Part shown: positions 36,573 through 49,812 of the stretch, piece by piece
Numbering within the stretch: position 1 is the stretch's first letter
Layout: every line of letters begins with the position of its first letter
NCBI RefSeq assembly: GCF_902459465.1
Contig: NC_047080.1
Span: forward strand, 6,820,001 to 6,884,000
DNA: 64,000 bases
Direction: 5' to 3'
Source of the DNA: Asterias rubens
Lineage: Eukaryota
Notes under the pieces: generated by a model
Databases searched by the model: none
What the model was told of the DNA's origin: nothing
The model's input: only the letters and a program-made list of their open reading frames with translations
Position numbers and translations under genes: made by a program

Positions 36573-36699
36573 TGTGTTTTGTGTTAGGGTTAGGGAAAAA
36601 GTACATAGACTCTTTAAAGGTTTAAACATGTATATCAAGAGAATTGTAAAAAAAGCTTAACATTATACATTACAAGTATGTAAAGATTATAATACGTAC

Positions 36700-36812
36700 C
36701 GCTCTACTTCCTCTTCTGAATGAGCAAATGTACAGCTACTTCCACGAGGACAACCTGCTTTCTGTGAAATATCCCTGCACATGCTCGTCTTGTACTTTAT
36801 GTTTTGTGTTTG
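36700..36812 (-). CDS. RC3H1: Roquin exon: CCCH zinc finger
   Basis: [37 protein letters not shown](R) resembles human [35 protein letters not shown]/GT boundaries, phase 0 to 2. Confidence 0.93.
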
Positions 36813-38320
36813 CTGCAAGGAGAAAAAAATACTGTATTTTATTTTACATAACAAAAATACTGTATTTTATTCAAACTAAATAACAAGTTGTTAACCAGAA
36901 AAATGAGTGTGAGGAATATGAGAAATGAATATGAACTCAAAGTCAGTGTTTTTATGGCTGGGTTTTCATGTGGTGACATACATGTATGCTTGCCTCTACT
37001 CGGTGATGATGTGTAGTGTAGCCACGCCTTGGTTCTGTATGTAAGTTTACATTTGTATTTCTTTATACCCGGGTACGTTTCAGCCATGCCATTCCATTTT
37101 GTAGTGCCTTATTCATATATGCTTATACATGTACTTACATTTTTGTAGAGTTATAGGGCCCTTGGTTTTTGAGAGTGTTATTCTGTGTACATGCGGCAGG
37201 GTAACATTTTTGAGGGTTTAATTCTGGGGAAAGTTGTTGTTGTGTGTTACATTTTTTTTAGCCCATTCAAATTTAACAGCCGATTCGCCTAGTTTTAACC
37301 CAAATTTATTGATTAAAACATTGCTGCATGTACAGGAGATACATTGGGCGGAATTTGGGGTTCCTTTCCTCTGGTGAATTTAGTGTAAGGTTCAATGGTT
37401 TGTTCATAATAGTGCGTTCATTATTTTTTAGTCAATATTCCTCCCGTTTTTATGTGAATTGAGATTTGGAAGTTATTTTGTTAGTTGAATAAAAAGTTGC
37501 TAAGAAATTACAGTGACGACAACTGGAAACTTTTGAATCGTCTGCAAGTCCAAAACTTGTTCATTTTTCTTTTGGTAATTTATCTACCCATTTCTTTAAT
37601 AAATCCCACGACTGGCGAAATTCCTAGGGGGGGGGGGGGTTCTGTTACTCTATCGGATGTAGCGTTAAAATACAGCCACATATAAGGAAGGACAAGACAT
37701 TTTCCTCCATGGTAGGACCATGATTAAAGACCAAATAAATTGAATTGAAGGCAAACACTATCATGCCCTTTCAGCTTTGACGGCAGGGCATCAACACAGA
37801 CACTGCTTCAAATAATTATTTTTAAGTATGTTATTTATTTGGTCTTCCTGACAATCTCCCTCTTCCACATGCATGGCCAGCAAAATGTTATTTATTCATT
37901 TATTTATTTATTTCCAGGCAAACAGTAAATACAAAGAATAGGCAATAAAAATATGACTACACAGAGAACAAGCCTGCGGATAACCAAAAAGCGAAAATAA
38001 TCACTACCTTAAGGCGATCCAGACAATAAAAATAACAAAGGCACAAAAGGGTACAAGAACAAAAACATGAAAAAAAAAATGGAAAATAGCATGTCATCAA
38101 ATACAATATCAAATATAATTATATAGAAAATCCATAGAAAATTCATTAACATTCCAAAATACCGCCTGGCAGCAAATTTTGTATAAAAAAATGGATTAAC
38201 CAGAAAAGACCCCACATCCTCGCTCCTTTCAAAAAGGTAGGATGCCAACCATTTTCCTTTAGTTCTAAAGATAAAAACAAGTGAATGATAATTTAATAAA
38301 AAACGTTTTCAAAATTATAC

Positions 38321-38442
38321 CTGCTGCTCCAATGCTTTCTTGTTCAGACTGTGGTTCTGCACAAAATTCACCAACCCCTGTACCACGACTTTGACTGCAA
38401 TCATGGCCTTCTCTAACTCACTCCAACTTGGAGCCCCTGCAT
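38321..38442 (-). CDS. RC3H1: Roquin exon: HEPN-C region
   Basis: DAGAPSWSELEKAMIAVKVVVQGLVNFVQNHSLNKKALEQQ resembles human [31 protein letters not shown]. Phase 1 to 0, consistent with neighbouring exons. Confidence 0.92.
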
Positions 38443-39412
38443 CTGTATTCAACCAAACAAATTTCAATTAACCTCATTATAAAAGAATATGTAAACAGTG
38501 TTGTTCACGTTTATCATTAGCAGTATTATTAGCTGTTCCGACTTACTGTCGGAACAGGTATCGTTTTCGTCAAGATTTTTATTATTAGCTGTCCTGACAT
38601 ACAAGTTGTAATAGCTATTTTTTTGTTAAGATTTTTATTTGTTTTAATTATTTTTATGGAGAATACTGTTCATTTCCAACTACCAGTCCCAACTGGAAGA
38701 CAGGTCAAAAAGAGGTCACCTCTATGTAAGTTTTTGCTAAACTTTTAAAGACCTTAAATATGACACATTGATTGTTAAAATAGCTTCTGTAGTTCTTCCG
38801 AGAAGAAAAAGAAAAACTATACAAATAATGTTTTTTAAACTCATAAAGACAATAGGTGTTTGGCTGTTGCCTGAACACCTAACAAGAAGTTTTCCAGGTC
38901 CAGGCCCAAATACGGTACAAAAATTGGAAAAACCACATCACTGATCTTGAGTCAATGCTGCAAGACTTAACGTCTTTAAAAAAGCCATGGCAGCAAGAAG
39001 GTTTACTGGACTCAAAGTGAATATGAAAAAGACAAAGGTCGTGGCAGAGCCAGTCTCAGAAGGAAGCACTAGTGAACAAAACAGAAATAGAATCGATAGT
39101 AGTAAGACAAGCTCTCATTGAACTCATCTACACAGCAAAGTAGATACTACACAAAGTGTTACCACAAACTGAGTATGTACAAGGATGCCTCACCATGCAA
39201 TGCCTCAAAACCCACATAGATACCTAAAATGTACATAAATGTAGGCCACGGTTCTCCCTTTGAGACAAATACCAAGACAACAAGGAGGAATCAAAGCTGG
39301 ACGACAAGCCTTTGGAGGATACAGTACCTTCATGATAGGCAACCTCCCAATGTGCCTGAAAGAAAAGTGTAAAGTCGGTGCATCTTCCCTTTCAAGTTCC
39401 AAATAAATGTAC

Positions 39413-39545
39413 CTGAGTTTGGGTCTATTTCACCTAACCGGTCCAGCTGACATCTGAGCTTGCCAAGGTTTCCTGGGTCCCCTGATCGTTGCAAAGCAAT
39501 TGTCAACTCTTGAATACTTGCAGCAAATGAGGCTGGAGTTTGCAA
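39413..39545 (-). CDS. RC3H1: Roquin exon: ROQ C-terminus/HEPN-C
   Basis: [44 protein letters not shown] resembles human [43 protein letters not shown]. Phase 0 to 1. Confidence 0.95.
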
Positions 39546-40617
39546 CTTGAAAAAAAAAAAAAAAATGAAAAAAATGTTAAGTAACAAATTATTTACATGT
39601 ATGCAAAGGGGTCAAAGAAGTCAGTATAAAGTGGATGTGATAACACGTAAAACAGGCCTGTATGCTTTGTTTTTGAATGGGCAACGGCACCAAGGCATTT
39701 TCTCCTTGGCAAGGGGCACCCTATGAGGAAATTGTAAATTTAAACTGGAGCATTTCAAGGGCACCAGGGTGGCAATCGCCTTCGGTAGGCAATAGATCGA
39801 TCCATTAAGCTCCGCCCCATTGCGTATTGACCAATCACAACCCATTGCACAACCAAAAGTCAGACACTATAAAGTCCGACATGCGTACACGTATGCTTGA
39901 TGCGCGGCAGAGTTGTGCAAAATGGCATTGGAGAGGCTCACGTTTTCTTGCTCACACGTGTGCCGTGGGCCCGGTCGCCAAATGCGAGTGAAAATAGCGG
40001 CGGGCGAGTGAAAACCCTTTCTCACTAGCCCGCTGGGCGAGTCAAATAATTATTCCTTTTCACATATAAAAGAGGGTTCAGTGGCAAAATCCCACAGAAA
40101 ACTTTTACTAAAGCTTTTAAAATAGTAAGTTTGACAATTCTAGATACTTGCTAGATTTAATTTGGCCGTGATCGGGACCTGAATTGCTGTCGTTCGTTTC
40201 AGAAAACACGTAAAATCAATTGAAAACACGATGCACAAACCACATGGTGTCGAGTATCCTTACAGTACATGTACACGGTCGCCCACTGGTACGTCCATGC
40301 AGTATGCACAGCACATACACAACACACAGTCGTCCAAAGTCCATTCTGACCAACACTCCGCACGCTGTGATTGGCCGTTGATGGCTGTTAATAAATCCAT
40401 GGTCATGATCTTCTTGACTAGACTTTAATGCAGTACACATTTACGAACGGAGTAAAGAATTGCCGCACGTTGTGCATAATGCCTGAAGACTGTGCACAAT
40501 GTACAGCCTTGGAGGAATTCTAATAACATGGACAACTTTTGCCAACAGAGGGCATTGCGGGGGCAAAGTTCATTGGATTATTTCTCGATGTGCATTGTTG
40601 ACTGATCATTGATTCAC

Positions 40618-40870
40618 GAAGATTTTGTTGCAAACGGAGTTCAACAAATATTCAAATCAACCGACCCCCTAACCGCAATCATTAAAGTTGTTGTTGATGG
40701 AAATGGGATAATTTAAGGTAAAATTTAATTTCGTTTTTTTTTTTTTTTTTTCGTTTTGAAAATTTTGTGTATAAATGCATGCGGGCTAGTGAAAAAACCT
40801 GCGGGCGATCGAGAATTTTGGTTTACTCGCCCGGCGGGCGATTGAAAAAAAAAGTTAAGTGAAACCCCTG
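40618..40870 (+). repeat. Dispersed transposon-end-like repeat, direct copy at about 59688-59960
   Basis: Both sites share GAAGATTTTGTTGCAAA...GTTGTTGATGGAAA...ACTCGCCCGG(C/T)GGGCGA...AAAAGTTAAG. Confidence 0.7.
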
Positions 40871-41220
40871 TTACCGTGTGTGTGTGTGTGTGTGTGTTGG
40901 ATATCCTCCCTGGATACCGCATCAAACCTCGCCAAATTTACACGGAAGAAAGACGCTGACTTCGTCTTGACACTCATCTATTTTTGAACAACATTTTTGA
41001 GAATTGACAGATTTATGAGCAAAAAAACACCAAAATTGGTGGGGTTTTGCGCGCCGTTTTAACCGTTGCTATGGGCAGCGCGCACGTATAATGCAAGCAA
41101 AGAACTGTTGCTATGGGCTGCGCGCGCGTACAGTACAGTGGCTGCGCCCCCGTAGCCTCATTTTGGGTAAGAATTATGACGTCATGCATAAATAATAAGA
41201 GAGAGAAGGGGCAGGGGGGA

Positions 41221-42190
41221 TAGGGGAACGGCACCTTTTATTTAACTGTTGCTATGGGATGGGATCATGGAGAATGGAGGCAGGCTTTAGAGCACGTGGG
41301 ACGGGGAGAGGGAAGGGGAAGGGGGACGGGGGAACGGCACCTTTTATTTAACTGTTGCTATGGGATGGGATCATGGGGAATGGAGGCAGGCTTTAGAGCA
41401 CGTGGGACGGGGAGAGGGAATGGGCAGGGGGACGGGGGAACGGCACCTTTTATTTAACTGTTGCTATGGGACGGGATCATGGACAACGGAGTCAGACATT
41501 AGAGCATGTGGGACGGGGAGAGGAAGGGGCAGGGGGACGGGGGAACGGCACCTTTTATTTAACTGTTGCTATGGGATGGGATCACGGAGAACGGAGTCAG
41601 ACATTAGAGCATGTGGGACGGGGAGAGGAAGGGGCAGGGGGACGGTGGAACGGCACCTTTTATTTAATTGTTGCTATGGGACGCGACGGGATCATGGAGA
41701 ACGGAGGCAGGCTTTAGAGCACATGGGACGGGGAGAGGGAAGGGCAGGGGGATGGGGGAACGGCACCTTTTATTTAACTGTTGCTATGGGATGGGATCAT
41801 GGAGAACGGAGGCAGGCTTTAGAGCACGTGGGACGGGGAGAGGGAATGGGAAGGGGGACGGGGGAACGGCACCTTTTATTTTACTGTTGCTATGGGATGG
41901 GATCATGGAGAACGGAGTCAGACATAAGAGCACGTGGGACGGGGAGAGGGAATGGGCAGGGGGACGGGGGAACGGCACCTTTTATTTAACTGTTGCTATG
42001 GGACGGGATCATGGACAACGGAGTCAGACATTAGAGCATGTGGGACGGGGAGAGGAAGGGGCAGGGGGACGGGGGAACGGCACCTTTTATTTAACTGTTG
42101 CTATGGGATGGGATCACGGAGAACGGAGTCAGACATTAGAGCATGTGGGACGGGGAGAGGAAGGGGCAGGGGGACGGTGGAACGGCACCT
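41221..42190 (+). repeat. G-rich minisatellite, about 9 units of 105-106 bp, with a 5-unit higher-order repeat
   Basis: GGAACGGCACC at 41225, 41331, 41437, 41542, 41647, 41757, 41863, 41969, 42074 and 42179. Variant block at 41471 recurs at 42003. Confidence 0.95.
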
Positions 42191-44786
42191 ATCACGCAGC
42201 TCCATTTTTTCAGAACACATGCATCTGTCCTCAAGCAAATTACCCCCCCCGTCCACAACTAACGACTTTCATTGGAGTTCGGACAAACTGAGTAAAACAT
42301 GCCTTAAAGGCACCTGGAAATATATATTTTGTTTTCCTTCAAACATCAGAGTTCCTGAACAATAAAATAATTTTTTGAGTAATTGTTTTTGACGATTTAT
42401 ATGTTTAACAAATTCAATAAAGTTGTGTAGGGGGTGACTCCGCCTACCCCTTTTGTGACGTCAATCGAGGAAGACTTTGCCTCGATCGAACATCGAACAC
42501 ACGTGTACGTGCAAGTACATTCAAGTTCTAGTCGTGAGTTTGTACATTTTGAAAAAGTTTTTTTCCTTGCATTTTTCCGGCAATGTCGACCAGGTGTATT
42601 GCTTGGAAACCTTAGTTAATTGTTTATTCATATTCCACTCATCAAAACACATATTTTAGTGATAAGAGCTTTATTTTGACAAAATACCACTTCCAGGTGA
42701 CTTTAACAGTTTACGCGTTTGGACAGTCATTGCACATGACAAATGATATTTTAAGCTTTGGTTACTGTTACTTTAACAACCAGCTTCAGGTGTGCTAACT
42801 GCCCAGTTTATCTGTCGAGCGGGAGCCGCAGTACAAGAATTTGCACAAAACAAACAAACATTGCAAAAACGCGTACAAGTGCGCGAACGGGAATAATGAA
42901 TGAGACGGTAACAAAATTAATTCGACTGACAAACAATACGAAACAGGAAAAACAGGACGAGAAAATAATAATCAGGACGGAAAAGAATTAACGAGGCGGG
43001 GGAAATACCCTCAGACAGTCTGAGTTAATTTCGTATTTTTTTTCCCGTTTTTAAACTAGTAAATAATGCATTTAAAGGGCTGTGAATGTCCAAAGACAGT
43101 GGATGTGGATTCATAACTGACAGGGGCACTAAAACATATTTCAAATCAGCAAGTATTTTTGTTTGGGGTGGTGGGGGGGGGGGGGGGGGGAGGGGGGGAG
43201 CTGACTATTTTATTATTTTATTTGTCTATTTGTGAAGGGGGGGGGACACACCATTACGCTCGTATTATTTTGTCAGCATTAATACCAAATAAGTAAAATA
43301 GTAACATTAGAAATGCACTTGAAAAATACAAGAATGGGTATAAGCAATTAATATTAATTGTATGGCGAGTAAGGTACTGATACAAATAAGATAATAACAA
43401 AAAACGGCTTTCTGACCATCCTGGAGTCCGTTTAGCTTCAACTGATATTTATTTAAGCGTTTCTCTTAGCAATTACACCATTGAGTCGCATAAAAAGTCA
43501 AGCGCAGCGATGCTCAGCGTCCATAGACTTGATTTCAAGTCTAAGGTGGCGGTTATTCCTCTATATGAGACATGAAAAACGCCCCCACAGATTAGCTATC
43601 ATGGGCCAATCTAACAGTAGGGCTCTATTTGCGGCAATAATGTATTGGCTATAAAGTTGACTAAAAGTAACGATAGCAGGCTTGGATCAAGTCTACACGG
43701 TTCACCGTAGTAAAGTAAATTAATTAAATTTCTTTTATATTTTGGTATCAAGGGTTAACCGTTTGAGTTCGTGTCCCAAAAATGAATGAGGTGGTTGAAA
43801 AGAATATCAACAGGTTATGTGTTGTTTGTGGACTGTAATGGCCTTTTGGTGTTGAAGAAAAAACATTTTACGCTAAGTTAGCAGTCAAAATGCTACGGTG
43901 AACCGTGTGGTGAACCGTCAGACATGAACACAACCCAAAAAGTTGGACAGGTACATTATTTTTGTGCGCAGCCGCAAGGCGGTCGTGCCAGGAATCGTCA
44001 TTGTCGTCTCAGAGTGAAAGGCAATGACGTTTTGGACGGGCTACTTTGGGAGTTACACATGTCTTCATTTATATTATTTTATGAACTTCATACCGAACAA
44101 CACAAGAAGCAAGCCAAGTTACATAATTTATTTAGGTTTAACCCATGAATTCCCCCCCCCCCCCCACAGTAGTGTGGGTAGGGTCTACGAACGAATACTT
44201 ACCTGTAGAGCAAATTACTACAATTGCATATTCCCTATGCGCCGCTAGGTAACACTAAGACTTTTTTACAACAAGTGCAACAGCGCCCTCCATCGCCCAG
44301 TGCACGACGGCGCGAACGCCATGCGCAATCGCCCTCTTTCTCGGAAACTCATATGTACAAGTATGCAAGAACCAAGTATAGTGGGGCAGGGGGAGGGATG
44401 CTCTACAGGTAAGTATTCGTTCGTAGACCCTACCCACACTACTGTGGGGGGGGGGAGTCTACGTCACTCTACTTACCTGTAGAGCAAATTACTACAATTG
44501 CATAGACTAGCACCGTTTAGGAAGGCGGTGGGTATACGCGGGACTATTGCACATCATACAATTATTATGGCGTCATGGCAACGAGGCGCGACCGGAAGGA
44601 GGCACCAGCTGTTGCAAGAAATAAGAAACGCAAAATATGGGGGCCACATTGTCCGCACACGACCCGGGGGGTGTCGTCCCAATAGGACAAGGAAAAAACA
44701 TTATCAATGTTAAACAGTGGCACAAATGTATGGTATACAGACAAGAACTCACCGAGGGTGAAGACTTGATGCGAAGAGGACTAGCG

Positions 44787-44978
44787 GTAACGCGCGATAC
44801 TATCACTCGCTGGATTGTTACCGCCATCTGCTCCGTCTCGGGTGGGTGGCCGGCGGCCGAGGGCAATATTCACGCCCATGACATCCGCGGGGTGTCGTTC
44901 TCTTGGGCATTTTTTAAAGGTATACCGATAGAGGATATAACCAAGGCAGCCTGTGGGAAGAGTGCTACAACCTTCTCA
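44787..44978 (+). pseudogene. Inverted C-terminal fragment of the DIRS-B tyrosine recombinase
   Basis: The plus strand reads RDTITRWIVTAI...IHAHDIRGVSFSWAFFKGIPIEDITKAACGKSATTF, while the YR N-terminus is on the minus strand. Confidence 0.88.
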
Positions 44979-45300
44979 CAATCGCTCGATTGGTAGAAAC
45001 CGAGGAGCCATCAGGAAAGCCCTCATGAATGGCTGCAATGGCCGACCGGTAGTTTTTAACCGTGGCGGTCGCTAGCCCACTCTCGTAAAGGTAAAGAAGA
45101 AAATCCCCTATGTCCTTCAGAGAAGCACTGGGGGGACGTATAGATCGCCGTCTACACCATTTAAAGAAATGGCGTAGTCGGCAATCGTAGATCTTACGAG
45201 TGGAGGCACGCCTCGACTGGGCGGCAAGCTCTGCAGCCCGGCGTGAAAGGCCTGCTGTGCGGAGCGACTGGGTGATAACACCCAGCACGTCAGGTGGAGT
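44979..45300 (-). pseudogene. DIRS-B YR N-terminal (SAM-like) fragment
   Basis: AAQSRRASTRKIYDCRLRHFFKWC...LATATVKNYRSAIAAIHEGF, cut off at about 44979. Confidence 0.9.
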
Positions 45301-47152
45301 TCCCTCAGGGCCGGATGAATCATCCCGGAACTGGGTTGATAAAGGAGATCTGGACGTTGAGGCAGGACCACCGGGCGGTGGACCAGGAGCCTCACGAGTC
45401 GAGGGAACCACGGCTGACGCGGCCAGAACGGGGCTATGAGGAGCACCCGGCAGTCTCTATCTTGGTCAACACCCGGGGGATGAGCGAGAATGGCGGAAAG
45501 GCGTAAGCCAGGAGGCCCTCCCACGGAATCGACAGGGCGTCAATCTGCCATGTGTTGGGGTCTGGAACCCTTGAGCAATACGTTGGCAGCTGATTGTTTG
45601 CCCGTGAGGCAAACAAGTCTATGTGGGGCCAGTCGATCAGCCGGAAGAGGGTCTGTGCCACCTGAGGGAGCAAGGACCACTCTGTCGGGGCAATCCAGCC
45701 CCTGGAGAGGGCATGGGCTGTCACATTCTCTACCCACGGGATGTGGACTGCCGACAGAGCAACGCCCTGGCGGATGCACCAGTGAAGGAGTTCCCAAGTC
45801 AGGGCGCACAACTGCGCCGACCGGGTACCTCCCTGGCGGTTGACATAAGCCACGACCGTGGTATTGTCGCACCGCACGAGCACCGCGCGTACCGACACCG
45901 CAGTCTGAAAATGCCGAAGGGCATTGAAGACCGCCATCAACTCTAGGACATTGATGTGGGACGAGCGGTGCTCCGGGCCCCACTGTCCCGCGATCTGGCG
46001 CGGGTGGAGGGTCGCCCCCCAGCCCTGCTGTGACGCATCGGTGACAATGGTCACCGAAGGCTGAGGGGGGCGGAACATGCGCCCCTGAGTGAGATGGGCC
46101 TCGTCCAGCCACCACCGCAAGTGCGGGATCAGCCAGGGCGTAGTGGGTACCGGCAGGTGGATAGGGTGGTGTCGAGGGCGGTAAAAAGACAGCAGATGGA
46201 GCTGAATTGGCCGCATCCGGAGTCGACAAAAATCCACCAAGTCCACCATGCTGGCCATACGGCCAAGAAGCCTGAGCCAAGCCCTTGCCGGTGCCACAGC
46301 CGCTGGGAGAAAGAGGGACACGCACTGAAAAAGATTCAGTACGCGGTCCTCCGTACGGCGGGCTAGTCCCCTCGGTGGGCGGAGATCGAGAGCTGCTCCG
46401 TCGAAGGTAGGGGTCTGCGAGGGTATCGGGTGCGACTTTTCGGTGTTCACTAGAAACCCAAGTTCGGAAGTGAGGCGCCAGGTGAGCCTGAGCGCCGCAT
46501 CCGTTGCCGCCCGCGATGGCCCCACTACCAGCCAGTCGTCGAGGTACATGAAGATCATGACCCCGCGCCTCCGTAGAGCAGCCCCGATTGTCTTCACTAC
46601 CCGGGTGAACACTCGGGGCGAAGTGGACAACCCGAAGGGCAGGGTCGCAAACTTGTACATGTCGACGCTGTTGTACATAAAGCGTAGGAATTTGCGATCC
46701 TCGGGCCTGATGGGCACGTGGAGGTACGCGTCCCTCAGGTCCAAGCTCGCCCCCCAGGCGGGTGTGACAATAGATTCGAGAATGGTCCGCAGCGTCTCCA
46801 TACGGAAGCGCTGCGGACGTATAAAAATCTGTTGAGGGGTTTCAGGTTTAGGATGGGGCGCCACTCGCCCACCTCCTTCTTGGGCACCAGGAAGAAGGTG
46901 GACATGAAACCCGTCCGCGCCCCTTGCATTGGAGCGGCGTAAATTGCGCGTTTCTGGAGGAGGGAGGAGATCTCCCCCTCGAGAGCCAACCGCTTCCCCA
47001 TGTCGGATGGAATCGGGGTGGGCCGAATTATCATGTCCAACGGGGGGGTCCCCGTGAACTCGAGCGTGGCCGTACCCGAGTGTCTCGAGGACCCACCGGT
47101 CGGAGACAACCTGTCCCCAGGACCCCAGAAATTTTTGAAGGCGGCCCCCCAC
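45117..47152 (-). CDS. DIRS-B pol: RT, RNase H and N6-adenine-methyltransferase-like domain (a few frameshifts)
   Basis: LDLRDAYLHVPI, LPFGLSTSPRVFT, IFMYLDDWLVVG; VTDASQQGWGA, HINVLELMAV, CDNTTVVAYVNRQGGTRS; IDLFASRANNQL, AYAFPPFSLIPRVL. Confidence 0.93.
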
Positions 47153-49327
47153 GGGTCCGTCGGTGGGAGGCCGCCCTGAGGCAAGCGAGTCACTTGCGCC
47201 ATGCCCCCTGGGAATCGGTAGTTTGGCGCGTGAAAACCCCGCCCCGATTGGGGGCGCTGGTGTCCCATCTGGGTCGGCGCGGCTCGGACACTAGATTGAG
47301 TGTCGGCCCTGCCGCGAAACCCACCACGGGCGGGCCGCTGAGGTTGACGCCGTGGGATGGTATAGGAGGCTTGCTTCTTCGCCTTGGCCTTGGGCGCAGT
47401 CGGTTTCTTTAAATTAATTTTATCTGCCGCCTTGATGCGCTTGGCCTCAGCTTCCATGGATTCCTGGAACTGGCCCGCAAAAAGGTCAGGACCTGTGAGC
47501 GGCAAGGCGTCAAGACGCTTGCGCGCTCCCACTGAAGGAAGGAATAGTGCGTCCAACACGTTCGCCCTACGGGAAGACGTAGCCAGGGCGGAAATACGTG
47601 AGAACTGGTCCAGGATGGTCCTCAAGCCATCACCAAGGCAGTGCAGGGCAGCGACCACGAGATCGGCGGGAACCGCCGAGTCGCCGTCAGCGCCCAAGGC
47701 CAAATACTCGGAAAGGAGTAACAAGAAAGAAGTGGACCGCATCCCAAAACGGGCGGCTGAGTCCAACTTCTTAGCCACTTCCTCCAATTTCCCACGGGCC
47801 TTATCGGCGAAGGGACGTTTGGTCCCGGTCGGCAGTGAGTTTGTCCGATGCCGAATCTGGGAGAACGGGCGTCGCAAAATACTTATCGAAACCCCCTTGG
47901 GGAAAACGATAGTAAGCTTCAGCGCGTGAAGCATGCGCCCGCCATTTCCCTGCCTGCATAACTGCATCCATGCGATCTGTGCAAACACGATCCAGGGGCA
48001 GAGTCGGGAAAGTATTCTGGACCGAGGGAGCCGGACCCGACCTCTTCTTGAACGACTGGCGTTCAGAAGGAGGGGGGTCGCCCACGGCTGGCAGGTTCAG
48101 CGCTCGGATCATGTCCCGCTGAACGAGCCCCAACTCAGTCTCATGAATTGACAACCGCTGCATAGCGGTCAACTCGTCCTCTTCCGGGGACGAGTCATCC
48201 CCAGGGGGGCGACTCGTCCCGGGCGAGTGCCCAGTACTATTATCATGGCCCATAGATGACCCCGAGTCAGAGAATACTGACGCCGGGTGCAAACTGATCC
48301 CCGACGGGGATGTTACAGTCCTGGCGGTCACCGGTACCGAGCGGTGGCACGGCGGAGACGCCGGGGCCCTGCTCACGGTATGAGGGATACGGCTACCCGA
48401 GGCCACCCACTGGTGGTCGAACGGGACCGGTGCGTTGACCCGGGCCGGGAAACCCGGCGGGGCTGACACGCCATGAATTGCCGACAAAACGGGCGGAACC
48501 ACTGGGCCATGGCCCTGCTCCAACCTGCCCGTCAGGGAGGCGGTCAACGCCTGAAAGGCCTCCATGAAGCGAGTCACCGCGGTGACGTTTGCCCCTGCGG
48601 GATTCCCGGGAGGAATCACTGGAGCTCGAAGAGCGCCGTGACCTATTCCCCTTTTTGGCCTTTTTCCCTCGGCGGGAAGAAAGGGATGGGGTAACCTCAG
48701 ATGTCCCTTCGGAAAAGGGTTGTGTCACGGGGACCCCAGAGCAACGGGTAAAACCCGAGGATGAGGACGGACCCACCGAGCGCGGGATACCGGCGGAACC
48801 CCAGTTCGCCGGCTCGGCATGGGCAATCTGCCGACCGACAGCCAGCGCGCCCAGCCCGATGGCATGAGCGGCCGGGTTACGGTCGGCAAACCCAGCCCCG
48901 GTGGGGCTGGATGGGGAATGGCGCACTGAGACATGCGGAGGGGGGACCCCTCCGTCCGCAGTAGGCCAGTGGGTGGCTTAGCGGCAGGCGTGGAAGACCC
49001 CGGAACGGGGTTTCCTTTGCCTGCCTTATTCTTCTTGGAAACGGCCCGGGTAGCAGGATTTCTTGTTTTCTTGCTTGTACCCGGGCGTTTACCCTTAGAC
49101 AGGCTGGACCCCTGGACGCTGACCGACGAGGGGGAACGGGAAATGTTCCCCCCGAAGTCAACGGGGTCCATGACCGACGCAGCACGCAGGGGCTGCGAAG
49201 GATGGGAGGACTGCACCGACGACGGACCGTCAACGGCGTAGCCCCCCGAGGAGTCAAGCTGTCCCGGGGAAAGGGAAGTATCCCCGGTAGCGACAGTGCG
49301 ACCCCTCCCTGCCTTTCTAGAACTCAT
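47100..49327 (-). CDS. DIRS-B gag (Ser/Pro/Arg-rich N-terminus, LAP2alpha-like C-terminus), frameshifted
   Basis: ORF pieces 48725-49327, 47801-48619 and 46735-47988. Start MSSRKAGRG lies about 180 bp inside the 5' ITR. Confidence 0.8.
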
Positions 49328-49812
49328 TTTATCACACTAAGAAATTAATAAAGACGACACACACACTCTACAAACACGTCTTTATCAAAGTAACAATAAT
49401 AATAAACACAGTTTATTTTATATATCAAAAGAGACTTGGTTTAACGGAAAAGTAACAATTTTCTAGGGAGCCTAAAAAATTAACGTGTCACCTGTTCGAA
49501 GCTAAGAGAGAAAGAGGGCGATTGCGCATGGCGTTCGCGCCGTCGTGCACTGGGCGATGGAGGGCGCTGTTGCACTTGTTGTAAAAAAGTCTTAGTGTTA
49601 CCTAGCGGCGCATAGGGAATATAGTAAGTAGAGTGACGGCCAAAATGCTTGGGCCACCCTTTCCTAACGTTGTATACAACGATTCCCTGTGCACTTCCCA
49701 TTCACATTCAAAACATTTGTCCCCCGCCCCCCGCTCAACTCAGAACACAATCAGCAATTGGAACCAACATTGAAAGGGGGCAGGGGGGCCCAACGAGATA
49801 TGGCCGGGATTG

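Larger units (their letters stand above)
44152..49638 (-). mobile_element. DIRS1-type retrotransposon (DIRS-B), both ends intact, YR rearranged
   Basis: Perfect 115-bp ITRs at 44228-44342 and 49508-49622. 3' extension at 44152-44227. ICR at 44400-44504 is complementary to both termini. gag, RT, RNase H, MT and YR are in order on the minus strand. Confidence 0.96.
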
